From positions 2,048,001 through 2,112,000 of the forward strand of contig OY970303.1 in NCBI GenBank assembly GCA_963716255.1: a stretch of DNA of 64,000 nucleotides, read 5' to 3'. This document shows, one piece after another, positions 20,228-30,829 of the stretch; the stretch's first letter is position 1; each line of letters opens with the position of its first letter. This stretch comes from an uncultured Gemmatimonadales bacterium (GTDB taxonomy: Bacteria; Gemmatimonadota; Gemmatimonadetes; Longimicrobiales; Longimicrobiaceae). The position numbers and the translations under genes were made by a program. The notes beneath the pieces were generated by a model. The model worked only from the letters and a program-made list of their open reading frames with translations. It was not told the DNA's origin and ran no database searches.

Positions 20228-20344
20228 CCCGGGCGCTCCGGACCGGCGTCGCCCGGCCCGGCCCGCCGGCCACGCTCCCGTGGACCGCCGTTTGCGGCAC
20301 GGGACCCGTTGATGGCCCCTCCTCCAATCCAACCGGAAAACGTC

Positions 20345-20542
20345 ATGAGCCACCGATCCGTCCTCCTCCCCTGCGCGGTGCTGCTCCTGTCCGCGTGCTC
20401 GGTTCCCTTCCGGACCTCCAGCGACGAGAAGAAGGCGGCGTGCGACCGGATCGCGGCGCGAGCGATCCAGACCACCTCGCTGCAGCAGGCCAAGGACCTG
20501 GCCGCGCAGGCCGCCGAGTGCTACGCCCGCGCCCAGCAGTAG
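20345..20542 (+). CDS. Small lipoprotein (65 aa)
   Basis: Lipobox LSAC; two further Cys. Confidence 0.7.
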   Translation: MSHRSVLLPCAVLLLSACSVPFRTSSDEKKAACDRIAARAIQTTSLQQAKDLAAQAAECYARAQQ

Positions 20543-20679
20543 CGGCGAAGGCTTCCCGCGGACGTCCGCCGCCACGGGAGGCGGCGGGCGTCCGCTCCCT
20601 GCTCCACCGCGTTTCCGCACCGTAGCCGCCACGCCGCGCCGCTTCCGCCGCCCTCCTCGAACGATCGTCCGTACACGCG

Positions 20680-20708
20680 TTGACACCCCCCGCCGCGCCG
20701 GGTAGTGT
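20680..20708 (+). promoter_or_regulatory. Sigma70 promoter
   Basis: TTGACA-17-TAGTGT. Confidence 0.75.
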
Positions 20709-20772
20709 TGTGGTCCGGAACCCACACGCGCGGCGGCGGTTCCGCGCGCGCGAGCCCCATCACGGAGCCCCC

Positions 20773-21288
<516 letters not shown>

Positions 21289-21334
21289 GCCTGCATCCCG
21301 TCGTCCCCGGTATGCCCGCGCAGGAGACCAGGCC

Positions 21335-23878
21335 ATGACCACCGACAAGCAAAACCCGTACGGGCCCCGCGACCCGCTGTCGCCCGGGGACGACGTCGAG
21401 ACGGAGAGCGCCCGTGGCGGGGTGCCGCCGGACCAGCCCGAGGTGGCCGCGTCCGGGGTCCCGGTGGTGGAGCACGACCGCTCGCACGTGGGCGAGCCCA
21501 TCCCGCTGCACGGAAGCCGCGAGGACCAGCCGCGCGACCTCAACGTGATCGGGACGCGGCAGCGCAAGACGGACGGGCTGGAAAAGTCGGTGGGGCGGGC
21601 GCGCTACACCGACGACATCGTCCTGCCGGGGATGCTGCACGGCAAGATCCTGCGCTCGCCCCACCCGCACGCCCGCATCCTGGCCATCGACACCCGCGAG
21701 GCGGAAGCCCTTCCCGGCGTCTTCGGCGTGGTCACCGGGCGCGAGATGCCCATCCCCTTCGGCATCATCGTGTGGACGCCGGACGAGCAGGCGCTGGCGA
21801 CCGACAAGGTGCGCTACATCGGCGACGCGGTGGCGGCGGTCGCGGCCTTGGACGAGGACACGGCGAACCGCGCCCTGGAGCTGATCCGCGTGGAGTACGA
21901 GGTGCTGGAGGCGATCTTCGACCCGCACGAGGCTGCCCGCCGCACGGACGTGCAGGTGCACGAGGCCAAGAAGCCAGGCCATAATGGCAACATCTCCAAG
22001 ATGGTGAAGCTGGAGTTCGGCGAGGTGGACGCCGGGCTCGCCGCCAGCGACGTGGTGGTGGAGGGGGAGTACTTCTTCGAGGGGACCACGCACACCCCCA
22101 TCGAGCCGCACTGCGCCATCGGGCAGTGGGAGGAGGGGGGCGCCTCCGTCGGGCGGCTGACCGTGTGGTCCAGCACCCAGGTGCCCCACTACCTGCACCG
22201 CGAGCTGGCGCGGGTGCTGGAGCTGGACCCGGCGCGGGTGCGCGTGGTGCAGCCGCACGTGGGCGGCGGCTTCGGCGGCAAGAGCGAGCCCTTCGACCTG
22301 GAGTTCTGCGTCGCGAAGCTGGCCATGAAGACGGGGCGCCCGGTCAAGATCCTGTACACCCGCGAGGAGGTGTTCTACGCCCACCGCGGCCGGCACCCCT
22401 TCCACATGCGCTACCGGGTGGGCGCGGGCCTGGACGGCACGCTGCGGGCGGTGGACGCGCGGACGCTGCTGGACGGGGGCGCGTACTCGTCGTTCGGGCT
22501 GGTGACCACGTACTACTCGGGGCAGCTGCTCACGGCGCCGTACCGGATCCCGGCGTACCGCTTCGACAGCACGCGCGTCTTCACCAACAAGCCGGCGTGC
22601 GGCCCCAAGCGCGGGCACGGCAGCGTGCAGCCCCGCTTCGCCTTCGAGGTGACGCTGGACAAGCTGGCGGAGCGGCTGGGGCTGGACCCCATCGAGCTGC
22701 GCCGCCGCAACTTCATGGGGGAGATGACGCGCACCGTCAACGAGCTGCGCATCACCTCCAACGGCTTCCTCCAGTGCCTGGAATCGGTGGAGAGGGCCAG
22801 CGGGTGGAAGGACAAGTTCCGCCGGATGGGCCACGGGCGGGGGGTGGGGGTGGCGGGGTCGTGCTACATCTCCGGCACCAACTACCCCATCTACCCCAAC
22901 AAGCTGCCGCAGTCCGCGGTGCAGCTGCAGGTGGACCGCTCGGGGAGGGTGGCCGTGTTCTCGGGGGCCAGCGACATCGGGCAGGGCTCCACCTCGCTGG
23001 TGGCGTACATCGTCTGCGAGGAGCTGGGGGTGCCGCTGGACTACGTGCGCGTCCTCCCCTCGGACACGGACTTCACCCCGGTGGACCTGGGCGCGTACTC
23101 GTCGCGCGTCACCTTCATGCTGGGGAACGCGTGCCTGGACGCGGCGCGCCGCCTCAAGGCGCTGGTGCAGGAGGCGGTGGGCGAGGAGTGGGGAATCCCG
23201 CCCAAGCGGGTGCTGCTGGCCGGCGGCCGGGCGATGGACGGCGCGGACACCGGCCGGAACATGGCCATCGCCGAGGCGTTCCGCCTGGCGGAGGCGCGCA
23301 GCGGGACGCTGGGCTCGACCGGGTGGTACCACACGCCCACGGACGTGCACGGCGAGTACCGCGGCGGCACCATCGGCGCGTCGCCGGCGTACTCGTTCAC
23401 GGCGCACGTGGCGGAGGTGGAGGTGGACCCGGAGAGCGGCTTCGTGGAGGTGAAGACCATCTGGGTGGCGCACGACTGCGGCCGCGCCCTCAACCCCACC
23501 ATCGTGGAGGGGCAGATGGAGGGCTCGGCGTACATGGGCTTCGGCGAGGCGCTGATGGAGCAGCACGTCTTCAAGGACGCCGACCACGGCCGCGCCGGCC
23601 TGCACGACGGCCCCTCGCTCCTGGACTACCGCATCCCCGCGTCGGTGGACACGCCGGAGCTGCGCTCGCTGATCGTGGAGTCCATCGACCCGGAGGGTCC
23701 CTACGGCGCCAAGGAGGCCGGCGAGGGCCCCCTGCACCCCTCCATCCCCGCCATCGCCAACGCGATCTACGACGCCGTGGGCGTGCGCATGGACTCGCTG
23801 CCCTTCTCCCCCCCGCGCGTGTGGCGCGCGCTCCGGGCGAAGGCGGCGCACGAGGAGCAGCGCGCCGCGGCGGACTGA
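21335..23878 (+). CDS. Xanthine-dehydrogenase-family molybdopterin large subunit (4-hydroxybenzoyl-CoA reductase alpha-like)
   Basis: RSPHPHA, GGGFGGK, RGHG, DIGQG, GQMEG, GAKEAGE. Confidence 0.93.
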   Translation: MTTDKQNPYGPRDPLSPGDDVETESARGGVPPDQPEVAASGVPVVEHDRSHVGEPIPLHGSREDQPRDLNVIGTRQRKTDGLEKSVGRARYTDDIVLPGMLHGKILRSPHPHARILAIDTREAEALPGVFGVVTGREMPIPFGIIVWTPDEQALATDKVRYIGDAVAAVAALDEDTANRALELIRVEYEVLEAIFDPHEAARRTDVQVHEAKKPGHNGNISKMVKLEFGEVDAGLAASDVVVEGEYFFEGTTHTPIEPHCAIGQWEEGGASVGRLTVWSSTQVPHYLHRELARVLELDPARVRVVQPHVGGGFGGKSEPFDLEFCVAKLAMKTGRPVKILYTREEVFYAHRGRHPFHMRYRVGAGLDGTLRAVDARTLLDGGAYSSFGLVTTYYSGQLLTAPYRIPAYRFDSTRVFTNKPACGPKRGHGSVQPRFAFEVTLDKLAERLGLDPIELRRRNFMGEMTRTVNELRITSNGFLQCLESVERASGWKDKFRRMGHGRGVGVAGSCYISGTNYPIYPNKLPQSAVQLQVDRSGRVAVFSGASDIGQGSTSLVAYIVCEELGVPLDYVRVLPSDTDFTPVDLGAYSSRVTFMLGNACLDAARRLKALVQEAVGEEWGIPPKRVLLAGGRAMDGADTGRNMAIAEAFRLAEARSGTLGSTGWYHTPTDVHGEYRGGTIGASPAYSFTAHVAEVEVDPESGFVEVKTIWVAHDCGRALNPTIVEGQMEGSAYMGFGEALMEQHVFKDADHGRAGLHDGPSLLDYRIPASVDTPELRSLIVESIDPEGPYGAKEAGEGPLHPSIPAIANAIYDAVGVRMDSLPFSPPRVWRALRAKAAHEEQRAAAD

Positions 23879-23906
23879 CCGGACGCGGGCTGGCAAAAAA
23901 GAACGT

Positions 23907-23935
23907 GGCGGGGGCGCTCCCGGAGCGCCCCCGCC
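23907..23935. terminator. Hairpin terminator
   Basis: GGCGGGGGCGCTCC / GGAGCGCCCCCGCC after the Mo-subunit stop. Confidence 0.65.
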
Positions 23936-24018
23936 GCTTCGCGTCCGCGAAGGGGAGACGACCGGCGGCGCGACGCTTATATTGGGAAGAGGATCAGCCG
24001 TTTCCGCCGGTCCTCACG

Positions 24019-24179
24019 GCCCTCGCCCGGCTCGCTTGAGGCTCGCCACCCTCTCCCAATTCTGGGAGAGGGGGCAACTGCACGGCCTCGCTGTCGTTCT
24101 CCCCCTATTCCCCCGCTTGCGGGGGAGGGGTGGCGCAGCGCCGGGGTGGGGGGCCCCTGCGGACGCCAGCGCGATGCCC
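24019..24179. repeat. REP-like palindromic modules (C) plus linker (D)
   Basis: CCCTCTCCCAATTCTGGGAGAGGG and TCCCCCGCTTGCGGGGGA; collinear with 59811..59969. Confidence 0.9.
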
Positions 24180-24307
24180 GCGTGAGGGATTTCGGCCCGA
24201 AGGGGCGAGACCCGCGGGCAGTTTCGCGGGGCTCGACTCCGTTGGGCTGCGTTGTTTGCAGCCCTACGGAGCCGAAGCCCGACCCCGGCGCAGCCGGGGG
24301 CACGCCC
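24180..24307 (-). repeat. Module A, copy 2
   Basis: Reverse-complement match to 2719..2844. Confidence 0.95.
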
Positions 24308-24339
24308 GAACCCGCCGTATCCCCTCAGAACCCCACGAC

Positions 24340-24957
24340 GTGCGCCGCCTCCCCCTCTTCCCGCTCCCCGTCGTCCTCTTCCCGGGCGCCCTGATGCCGC
24401 TGCACGTCTTCGAGCCGCGCTACCGGCAGATGATGGCGCACTGCCTGGAAGGGGACCGGCGCTTCGGGCTGGTGTACCACGACCCGGACCGCCAGGGCCC
24501 GTTCGACCTGGAGCCGGGGCGCGTGGGGTGCATCGCCGAGATCCTGCAGTTCCAGCCGCTCCCGGACGGGCGCTCGCTGGTGCTCACGGAGGGGGTGGAG
24601 CGCTTCCGGATCGAGGACGGGATCGAGTCGGAGGCGCTGTACTTCGAGGCGCTGGTGGACGAGTACCCGGACCTGGACGGCGGGCGGCGCGGGATCGTGC
24701 AGCGGCGGCGCGACTCGGTGGAGCTCTTCCACCGGGTGCTCCAGGAGGTGCTCAACCACCCCGGCCCGCTCCCGCCGGTCAGCACCCGCGGCGAGACCGC
24801 GTTCCAGCTGGCGCAGGCCATCCGCATCGACCCGGCGTGGCAGCAGGAGCTGCTGGAGACGCGGGGCGAGGCGCGCCGCCTGGACCGGCTGGACTTCCTT
24901 TTCCGCGCCATCCTCGACGGCGAGGGCGGCGTCGGCCTGAACAGGGACGACGAATGA
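24340..24957 (+). CDS. LON peptidase substrate-binding domain protein (stand-alone)
   Basis: LPLFPLPVVLFPGALMPLHVFEPRYRQM; GTG start (the track extension is repeat-derived). Confidence 0.88.
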   Translation: MRRLPLFPLPVVLFPGALMPLHVFEPRYRQMMAHCLEGDRRFGLVYHDPDRQGPFDLEPGRVGCIAEILQFQPLPDGRSLVLTEGVERFRIEDGIESEALYFEALVDEYPDLDGGRRGIVQRRRDSVELFHRVLQEVLNHPGPLPPVSTRGETAFQLAQAIRIDPAWQQELLETRGEARRLDRLDFLFRAILDGEGGVGLNRDDE

Positions 24958-25925
24958 ACCCGTTCGACTCCGAGACCGCGCGGCACCCCGTCACCCGGCG
25001 CCAGCTGCTGCGCGGCGCGGCCGCCGCGGCGGCGGCGCTGGTGCTCCCCGCCCCGCTGCGCGCCTGCGGCCGCGCCGCGCCCGGACCCGCCGCGGGCCCG
25101 CGCCCCTCCCCGGAGGACCGGGCGCGCCTGGAGGAGTGGGTGGGCGTGCTGCGGCGCGAGCGGCGCATCGCGGCCGCCGAGGTTTCAGTGGGCGCGGCGG
25201 CGGCGCGGGTGGGCGAGCTGGCGGTGGGGACGCCGTACGAGGCGTTCACGCTGGAGGCGTACCTGCGCGCGGGGGGGAGCCCGTCGCGAACGGAGCCGCT
25301 GACGCTGTCGCTCACCCGCTTCGACTGCGTGTCGCTGGTGGAGTCGTGCCTGGCGGTGGCGCGCCTGGCCCTGGCGGAGGGCCCGCCCACCTGGGAGGCG
25401 TTCGGGCGGGAGATGGAGCGCATGCGCTATCGCGGCGGGGCGCGGGCGGGGTACGCGTCGCGCCTTCACTACTTCAGCGAGTGGATGGCGGACGGCGAGC
25501 GGCGGGGGCTGGTGCGCGCCCTGGGCGCGGAGCTGGGGGGCGAGGCGGACGCGCGGCCGCTGCGCTTCATGACGGAGCACCGGGCGAGCTACCCGGCGCT
25601 GGCGGACGACGGGGTGTTCCGGGACATCGGCGAGATGGAGCGCTCGCTGGACGCCGCACCCCGCCGGGTGGTCCCCACCGCCCGCATCGCGGCGGTGTCC
25701 GACCGCATCCGCACCGGCGACGTGCTGGCCTTCGCCACGTCCATCCCGGGGCTGGACGTGACCCACTCGGCGTTCGCCTACCGCGACCGGGCGGGCGTGC
25801 TGCGCGTGCTGCACGCCCCGCTCTCCGGCGGCGCGGTGGAGGTGACCCGCGCCACCCTGCCCGAGTACGTGGCGGCCATCCGCCGCTCCACGGGGATCCT
25901 GGTGGCCCGGCCGCTCGCCGGCTGA
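24954..25925 (+). CDS. DUF1460 N-acetylmuramoyl-L-alanine amidase-like protein, probable Tat lipoprotein
   Basis: TRRQLL, LRAC; GTPY, FDCVSLVE, RLHYFSEW, GLDVTH, LHA. Confidence 0.88.
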   Translation: MNPFDSETARHPVTRRQLLRGAAAAAAALVLPAPLRACGRAAPGPAAGPRPSPEDRARLEEWVGVLRRERRIAAAEVSVGAAAARVGELAVGTPYEAFTLEAYLRAGGSPSRTEPLTLSLTRFDCVSLVESCLAVARLALAEGPPTWEAFGREMERMRYRGGARAGYASRLHYFSEWMADGERRGLVRALGAELGGEADARPLRFMTEHRASYPALADDGVFRDIGEMERSLDAAPRRVVPTARIAAVSDRIRTGDVLAFATSIPGLDVTHSAFAYRDRAGVLRVLHAPLSGGAVEVTRATLPEYVAAIRRSTGILVARPLAG

Positions 25926-26117
25926 GCGCGCCCCGTGGCGTGAACGAACGGGCGCCGCGCTTGCCTTTCCCTCCGCGACGCCCTATAGAAAGCGTACACG
26001 CACCGATCCCGTCTCCTCCAGGCTCCGGCAGGCCGGCGCGGCGCGTCCTCCCCTCCCCCCCGGTCCCCGCCCGCGACGGCGCTCCGGGGGAGCGTCATTC
26101 CACACAGGAGGCTCCTG

Positions 26118-29100
26118 ATGTACCTATCTCGTCTGCGCCGGAAGCTCGGCGCGGCCCTCCTCCTCTGTGCCGGCCTGCTGGCGGGCACGGAAGCGAGGGC
26201 CCAGGGCACCCCCTACACCATCCGGGGATCGGTGGTGGACGGGTCGTCGCAGCCGGTGGCGGGCGCGGCGGTGTCGCTGCGCAGCACCCAGTCGCGCACG
26301 GTCACCGACGCGCAGGGCCGCTACACGCTCGTGGCGCGCGCCGCCGCCGGGTCCTACACGCTGGCCTTCTCGGCGCTGGGCCGGGCGGAGGTCAGCCGGC
26401 AGGTGACGCTGGGGTCGGAGACGGCGGTGGAGGTGGCGCCGGTGACGCTCGCGGTGAGCGCCGTGGAGCTGGAGGGGATCGTGGTGACGGGGACGGGCGC
26501 CCCGGTGGAGCGCCGCCAGGTGGGGAACACCATCGCCAGCGTCTCGGGCGAGGCGGTGAACGAGGCCCCGGGCGCCACCTCGGTGGACCAGGCGCTGCAG
26601 GGCAAGATCACCGGCGCGCTGATCTCGGAGAACTCCGGCCAGCCCGGCGGCGGCGTCAGCATCCGCCTGCGCGGCACCAACTCCATCCTGGGCGGCGGCG
26701 AGCCGCTGATCGTGGTGGACGGGGTGCTGGTGGACAACAACTCGGACGCGCTGGTCAGCTTCGGCGCCAACGCGACCCGCACCGGCGCGGCGCTCAGCAA
26801 CCGCCTGTCCGACATCGCCCCCGCCGACATCGAGCGGGTGGAGGTGCTCAAGGGCGCGGCCGCGGCGGCGCTGTACGGCTCGCGCGCCAACAACGGCGTG
26901 ATCCAGATCTTCACCAAGCGCGGCCGGCAGGGCACGCCGCAGGTGAACTTCCGCACCGAGGTCCAGGCCAGCGAGACGGACAAGCGCCTGGCGCTGAACA
27001 TGGAGCCGCTGGCGGGCCGCGCCGACTCCGCCTTCTTCGGGCGGAGGCCGGGGACGCCGGTGGAGCGCTTCGACTTCCAGGACCAGATCTTCCGCACCGG
27101 GTACGGGACCAGCAACCAGCTCTCGGTCTCCGGCGGGGGCGAGGGGACCAGCTACTACCTGTCGGGGAACTGGAACGCCAAGGACGGCATCCTCCGCTCC
27201 TCGGACTACGACCGGCGCGGCGCCCGGGCGCGCATCAGCCAGCGCCTGAACGACTGGCTGGAGGTGGGCGTGAACGGGAGCTACATCCGGGCGCGCACCA
27301 ACTTCGTCCCGGAGGGCGAGCAGACGCAGGGCGTCTTCACCAGCGTCGTCTTCTCGCCCACGGTGTTCAACCCGGCGTTCGACGAGACCACCGGGCGCTA
27401 CCCGTACAACCCCATCATCGGGGCCAACCCGCTCGACGTCCTGGAAAACTGGATCGCGCGCTCGGACGTGGACCGCTTCCTGGGGAGCGTGCAGGCCACC
27501 GCGACCCCCGTGGCGAACCTGAGCCTCACGGCGCTGTTCGGCATGGACAACTCGCGCGAGGAGAACGTCTACTTCCAGCCGCCCTTCTCCACGGGTGCCA
27601 CGTTCACCGGGTCCATCCAGAACCCCATCCGCAGCATCCGCAAGTACAACAGCGACTTCACGGCCAACTACGACCTGCAGGTCAACCCCGGCTTCGGGCT
27701 CACCAGCACGGCGGGGGTCCGCTACACCTCGGACCAGGTGAACACGGTCCGCGCCGCGGCGTCCGACCTGCCCCCGGGCTCGACGCTGGTCACCGGCGCG
27801 GTGCAGACGGCTTCGCAGGGGCTCACGGAGCTGCGCACCTTCGGCGGGTTCGTGCAGGAGCGCGTGAACCTGGGCGACAAGCTGTTCCTGACGGGCGGCC
27901 TGAACGTGGAGGCCTCCTCGGCGTTCGGCGCGGACCAGCGCTGGCAGATGTTCCCGCGGCTCAGCGGCTCGTACGAGATCGGGCGCGAGCCGTTCTTCGA
28001 CCGCATGAGCGGCGTGTTCAGCACGCTCCGCCTGCGCGCGGCGTACGGCGAGACCGGCGGCCAGCCCCCCAGCGAGTACCTGAACCAGGTGACGTACCTG
28101 AACGTCTCGTTCGCGGGGCGTCCGGGGCTTCGCCCCAACACCCTGTCGCCCAACCTGGACCTGAAGCCGGAGCGGCAGCGAGAGGTGGAGGGGGGCTTCG
28201 ACGCGGGCTTCTTCGACGACCGCGCCTCGCTGGAGTTCACCTACTACGACAAGAAGACGACCGACCTGGTGCTGTCGGTGCCGCTGGCGCCCACCAGCGG
28301 CTTCGCGTCCGAGTTCCGCAACATCGGCGAGCTGAGCAACAAGGGCGTCGAGCTCACCCTGAACACGGTCAACCTGCAGGGCCGCGACCTGGGGTGGACC
28401 AGCCGCCTGTCGTACGCGCGCAACCGCAACAAGATCGAGCGGCTGAACCAGCGCTCGGACATCCTCACCTTCGAGTACCTCAACGCGGTCATCGAGGGGG
28501 AGCCCATCGGCGTGTTCCGCGGCGCGTACTACCCGCGCGACGCCAGCGGCAACATCATCTACAGCGCGGCCGGACTCCCCCGGCGGGCCCGCGGGTGCCC
28601 CACCACGGGGTGCCGGGTCGCCACGGACTCGGTGGTCCTGCTGAAGGTGATCGGCGACCCCAACCCGGATTTCACGGGCGCGCTCAACAACACCTTCACC
28701 TTCCGCGACAACCTCCAGCTCAGCTTCCTGCTGGACGGGCGCTTCGGCAACGACGTGGCCAACTTCACCCGCCGCACCAGCGAGTACTTCGGGGCCGCGG
28801 CCAACGTGGGCAGGGAGATCCGGGGCGACACGCTCCCGGGGACCTACACCATCAACACCGAGCGCAACCTGCTGTACGAGGAGTTCATCGAGGACGGCAG
28901 CTTCGTGAAGCTGCGCGAGATCTCGCTTCAGTACAACCTCGACCAGCCGTGGGTGCGCCGCTTCGGCGTGCGCGACATGTCCGTGCGCGTGGCCGGGCGC
29001 AACCTGTACACCTGGACCGACTACACCGGGCTGGACCCGGAGGTGAACCTGTTCTCCGCCAGCACGGTGGCGCGCGGGGTGGAGTTCGCGACCACGCCGA

Positions 29101-29141
29101 TCCCCCGGACGTTCTCCCTGGCCCTCGACTTCAACTTCTAG
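26118..29141 (+). CDS. SusC/RagA TonB-dependent transporter
   Basis: IRLRGTNS, PLIVVDG, DIERVEVLKGAAAAALYGSRANNGVIQIFTK, FVKLREI, terminal F. Confidence 0.96.
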   Translation: MYLSRLRRKLGAALLLCAGLLAGTEARAQGTPYTIRGSVVDGSSQPVAGAAVSLRSTQSRTVTDAQGRYTLVARAAAGSYTLAFSALGRAEVSRQVTLGSETAVEVAPVTLAVSAVELEGIVVTGTGAPVERRQVGNTIASVSGEAVNEAPGATSVDQALQGKITGALISENSGQPGGGVSIRLRGTNSILGGGEPLIVVDGVLVDNNSDALVSFGANATRTGAALSNRLSDIAPADIERVEVLKGAAAAALYGSRANNGVIQIFTKRGRQGTPQVNFRTEVQASETDKRLALNMEPLAGRADSAFFGRRPGTPVERFDFQDQIFRTGYGTSNQLSVSGGGEGTSYYLSGNWNAKDGILRSSDYDRRGARARISQRLNDWLEVGVNGSYIRARTNFVPEGEQTQGVFTSVVFSPTVFNPAFDETTGRYPYNPIIGANPLDVLENWIARSDVDRFLGSVQATATPVANLSLTALFGMDNSREENVYFQPPFSTGATFTGSIQNPIRSIRKYNSDFTANYDLQVNPGFGLTSTAGVRYTSDQVNTVRAAASDLPPGSTLVTGAVQTASQGLTELRTFGGFVQERVNLGDKLFLTGGLNVEASSAFGADQRWQMFPRLSGSYEIGREPFFDRMSGVFSTLRLRAAYGETGGQPPSEYLNQVTYLNVSFAGRPGLRPNTLSPNLDLKPERQREVEGGFDAGFFDDRASLEFTYYDKKTTDLVLSVPLAPTSGFASEFRNIGELSNKGVELTLNTVNLQGRDLGWTSRLSYARNRNKIERLNQRSDILTFEYLNAVIEGEPIGVFRGAYYPRDASGNIIYSAAGLPRRARGCPTTGCRVATDSVVLLKVIGDPNPDFTGALNNTFTFRDNLQLSFLLDGRFGNDVANFTRRTSEYFGAAANVGREIRGDTLPGTYTINTERNLLYEEFIEDGSFVKLREISLQYNLDQPWVRRFGVRDMSVRVAGRNLYTWTDYTGLDPEVNLFSASTVARGVEFATTPIPRTFSLALDFNF

Positions 29142-29156
29142 GGAGACCGCAACCTC

Positions 29157-30467
29157 ATGACCATGCAAATCCACAAGCGAACCGCGCGCACGCTGTCCCG
29201 CGCGTGCTCCCTGGCGCTCTGCGCCGCGGCCGGGCTGGGGCTGGCCGCGTGCGACCTGGACCTGGTGAACCCCAACGCCCCCTCCGAGGAGGAGGTGCTC
29301 ACCTCCACCGACCTGTTCCTCACCACGGCGGTGGGGATCCAGTCGCAGTACGCCGACAACGTCCTCGCCTTCGTCCGCGCGCCGGCGCTGGCGACCGACG
29401 AGTGGGGCACGCAGACGCGCGCCCTCGCGGCCGACGTGTCGCTGGTGAGCGGAACGCCCGACCCGTCGTTCGCCGTGGTGTCCGACCCGTTCGCGGCGTC
29501 GTACCGCATCGCGCGGACGGCGGACATCCTGGTGGCGACCGCCCCCTCGCTCAACCTGGGGACCGGGCTCCAGGCGGGGGTGACCTCGCTGTCGCGGCTG
29601 CTCAAGGCGATGTCCATCGGGAACCTGGTGCTCCAGTACGAGCGGGTGCCGGTCAACTACAGCCAGGCGGGCGCGCTCCCGCAGTCGCGGGACGTGGTGC
29701 TGGACAGCGTGATCGCCGGGCTGGAAGCGGCCCGCGCGGACATCGCCGGCGTGTCGGACGCGGACCTCACGGGGTTCCGCGGGCGGGTGCTCGGCACCGG
29801 CTTCGACCTGCGCAGCACGATCGACGCGATGCTGGCCCGGTACTACCTGCTGGACGGGCAGTACCAGAACGCCATCGACGCGGCGGGACGGGTGAACCTG
29901 GGCGTCCTCTCGACGCTCGCGTACCCCACCCCGGGGACCAACCCGGTGTGGAACTACTACGGCGGCCTGCAGTACGTGGGCGCCCGCAAGGTCCTCTTCA
30001 CCGAGGCGCAGGCGGGCGACCAGCGGCCGGCGTACTGGGCGACCCGGGCCACCCGGTTCATCGGCAACCCCGACTCGGTGTACGCCTTCAACCGGTACGG
30101 CGCCCGCAACGACACGTACCTGCTGTACGCGCCGGACGAGATGCGGCTGGTGCAGGCGGAGGCGTACACCCGCCTGGGCAACCTGGCGCAGGCGCGCACC
30201 CTGGTGAACGCCGTGCGGACACAGTGCACCGCGCCCGTCGCGGAGCCGGTGGCCTGCCTGCCGGCGCTGCCGACCGACGCGCTGGACACCGCCGCGGAGC
30301 TGATCACGGAGATCCTGTACCAGCGCCGCTACGAGCTGTTCGCCCAGGGGCTGCGCTGGGAGGACCTGAGGCGGCTGGAGGCGTACACGACCAAGCGGCC
30401 CTCCATGCGCTACCTGCCGTACCCGCTTTCGGAGTGTGAGCGCAACCCGGCGAGCCCGTGCGCGTGA
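29157..30467 (+). CDS. RagB/SusD lipoprotein
   Basis: Lipobox LAAC; AEA and QRRYELFAQGLRWEDLRR. Confidence 0.92.
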   Translation: MTMQIHKRTARTLSRACSLALCAAAGLGLAACDLDLVNPNAPSEEEVLTSTDLFLTTAVGIQSQYADNVLAFVRAPALATDEWGTQTRALAADVSLVSGTPDPSFAVVSDPFAASYRIARTADILVATAPSLNLGTGLQAGVTSLSRLLKAMSIGNLVLQYERVPVNYSQAGALPQSRDVVLDSVIAGLEAARADIAGVSDADLTGFRGRVLGTGFDLRSTIDAMLARYYLLDGQYQNAIDAAGRVNLGVLSTLAYPTPGTNPVWNYYGGLQYVGARKVLFTEAQAGDQRPAYWATRATRFIGNPDSVYAFNRYGARNDTYLLYAPDEMRLVQAEAYTRLGNLAQARTLVNAVRTQCTAPVAEPVACLPALPTDALDTAAELITEILYQRRYELFAQGLRWEDLRRLEAYTTKRPSMRYLPYPLSECERNPASPCA

Positions 30468-30505
30468 CGCGGGATGCGTTCGGAACGGCTTTGAACTGCG
30501 GGTGC

Positions 30506-30633
30506 GGGCGTGCCCCCGGCTGGCGCCGGGGTCGGGCTTCGGCTCCGTAACGCACGATAAAACTGTGCGTAACGGAGTCGAGCCCCCGCAAACTGCGCGG
30601 GGTCTCGCCCCTTCGGGCCGAAATCCCTCACGC
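30506..30633 (+). repeat. Module A, copy 3
   Basis: Same frame; variant stem ACGCACG/TGTGCGT. Confidence 0.95.
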
Positions 30634-30691
30634 GGCTGCGTGCGTGGCCTCGGCGTTCCGCGGGCGCCCGGGCCACGCGGGTTCCGCATAC

Positions 30692-30730
30692 GAAAGCAGG
30701 GGGCGCCTCGCGGCGCCCCCTGCTTTCTTT
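30692..30730 (+). terminator. Intrinsic terminator
   Basis: GAAAGCAGGGGGCGCC / GGCGCCCCCTGCTTTC followed by T-run. Confidence 0.8.
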
Positions 30731-30749
30731 CCGGTGCGCCGGGCGGCGT

Positions 30750-30778
30750 TTGACTCCCTCGCGCTCCACGGCTACGCT
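30750..30778 (+). promoter_or_regulatory. Sigma70-like promoter
   Basis: TTGACT-17-TACGCT. Confidence 0.6.
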
Positions 30779-30829
30779 TCCGGGCTCACGGACCGAGCCG
30801 CACCGCCCCTCCCCCGCCCCGCCCCGCCG

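Noticed and set aside
24130..24339. Recurring peptides such as RVRDFGPKGRDP, REGFRPEGARP and ACPRLAPGSGFGSV in many ORFs
   Set aside because: They are translations of module A in different frames. Indels between copies and pairing-preserving changes point to nucleic-acid, not protein, constraint.
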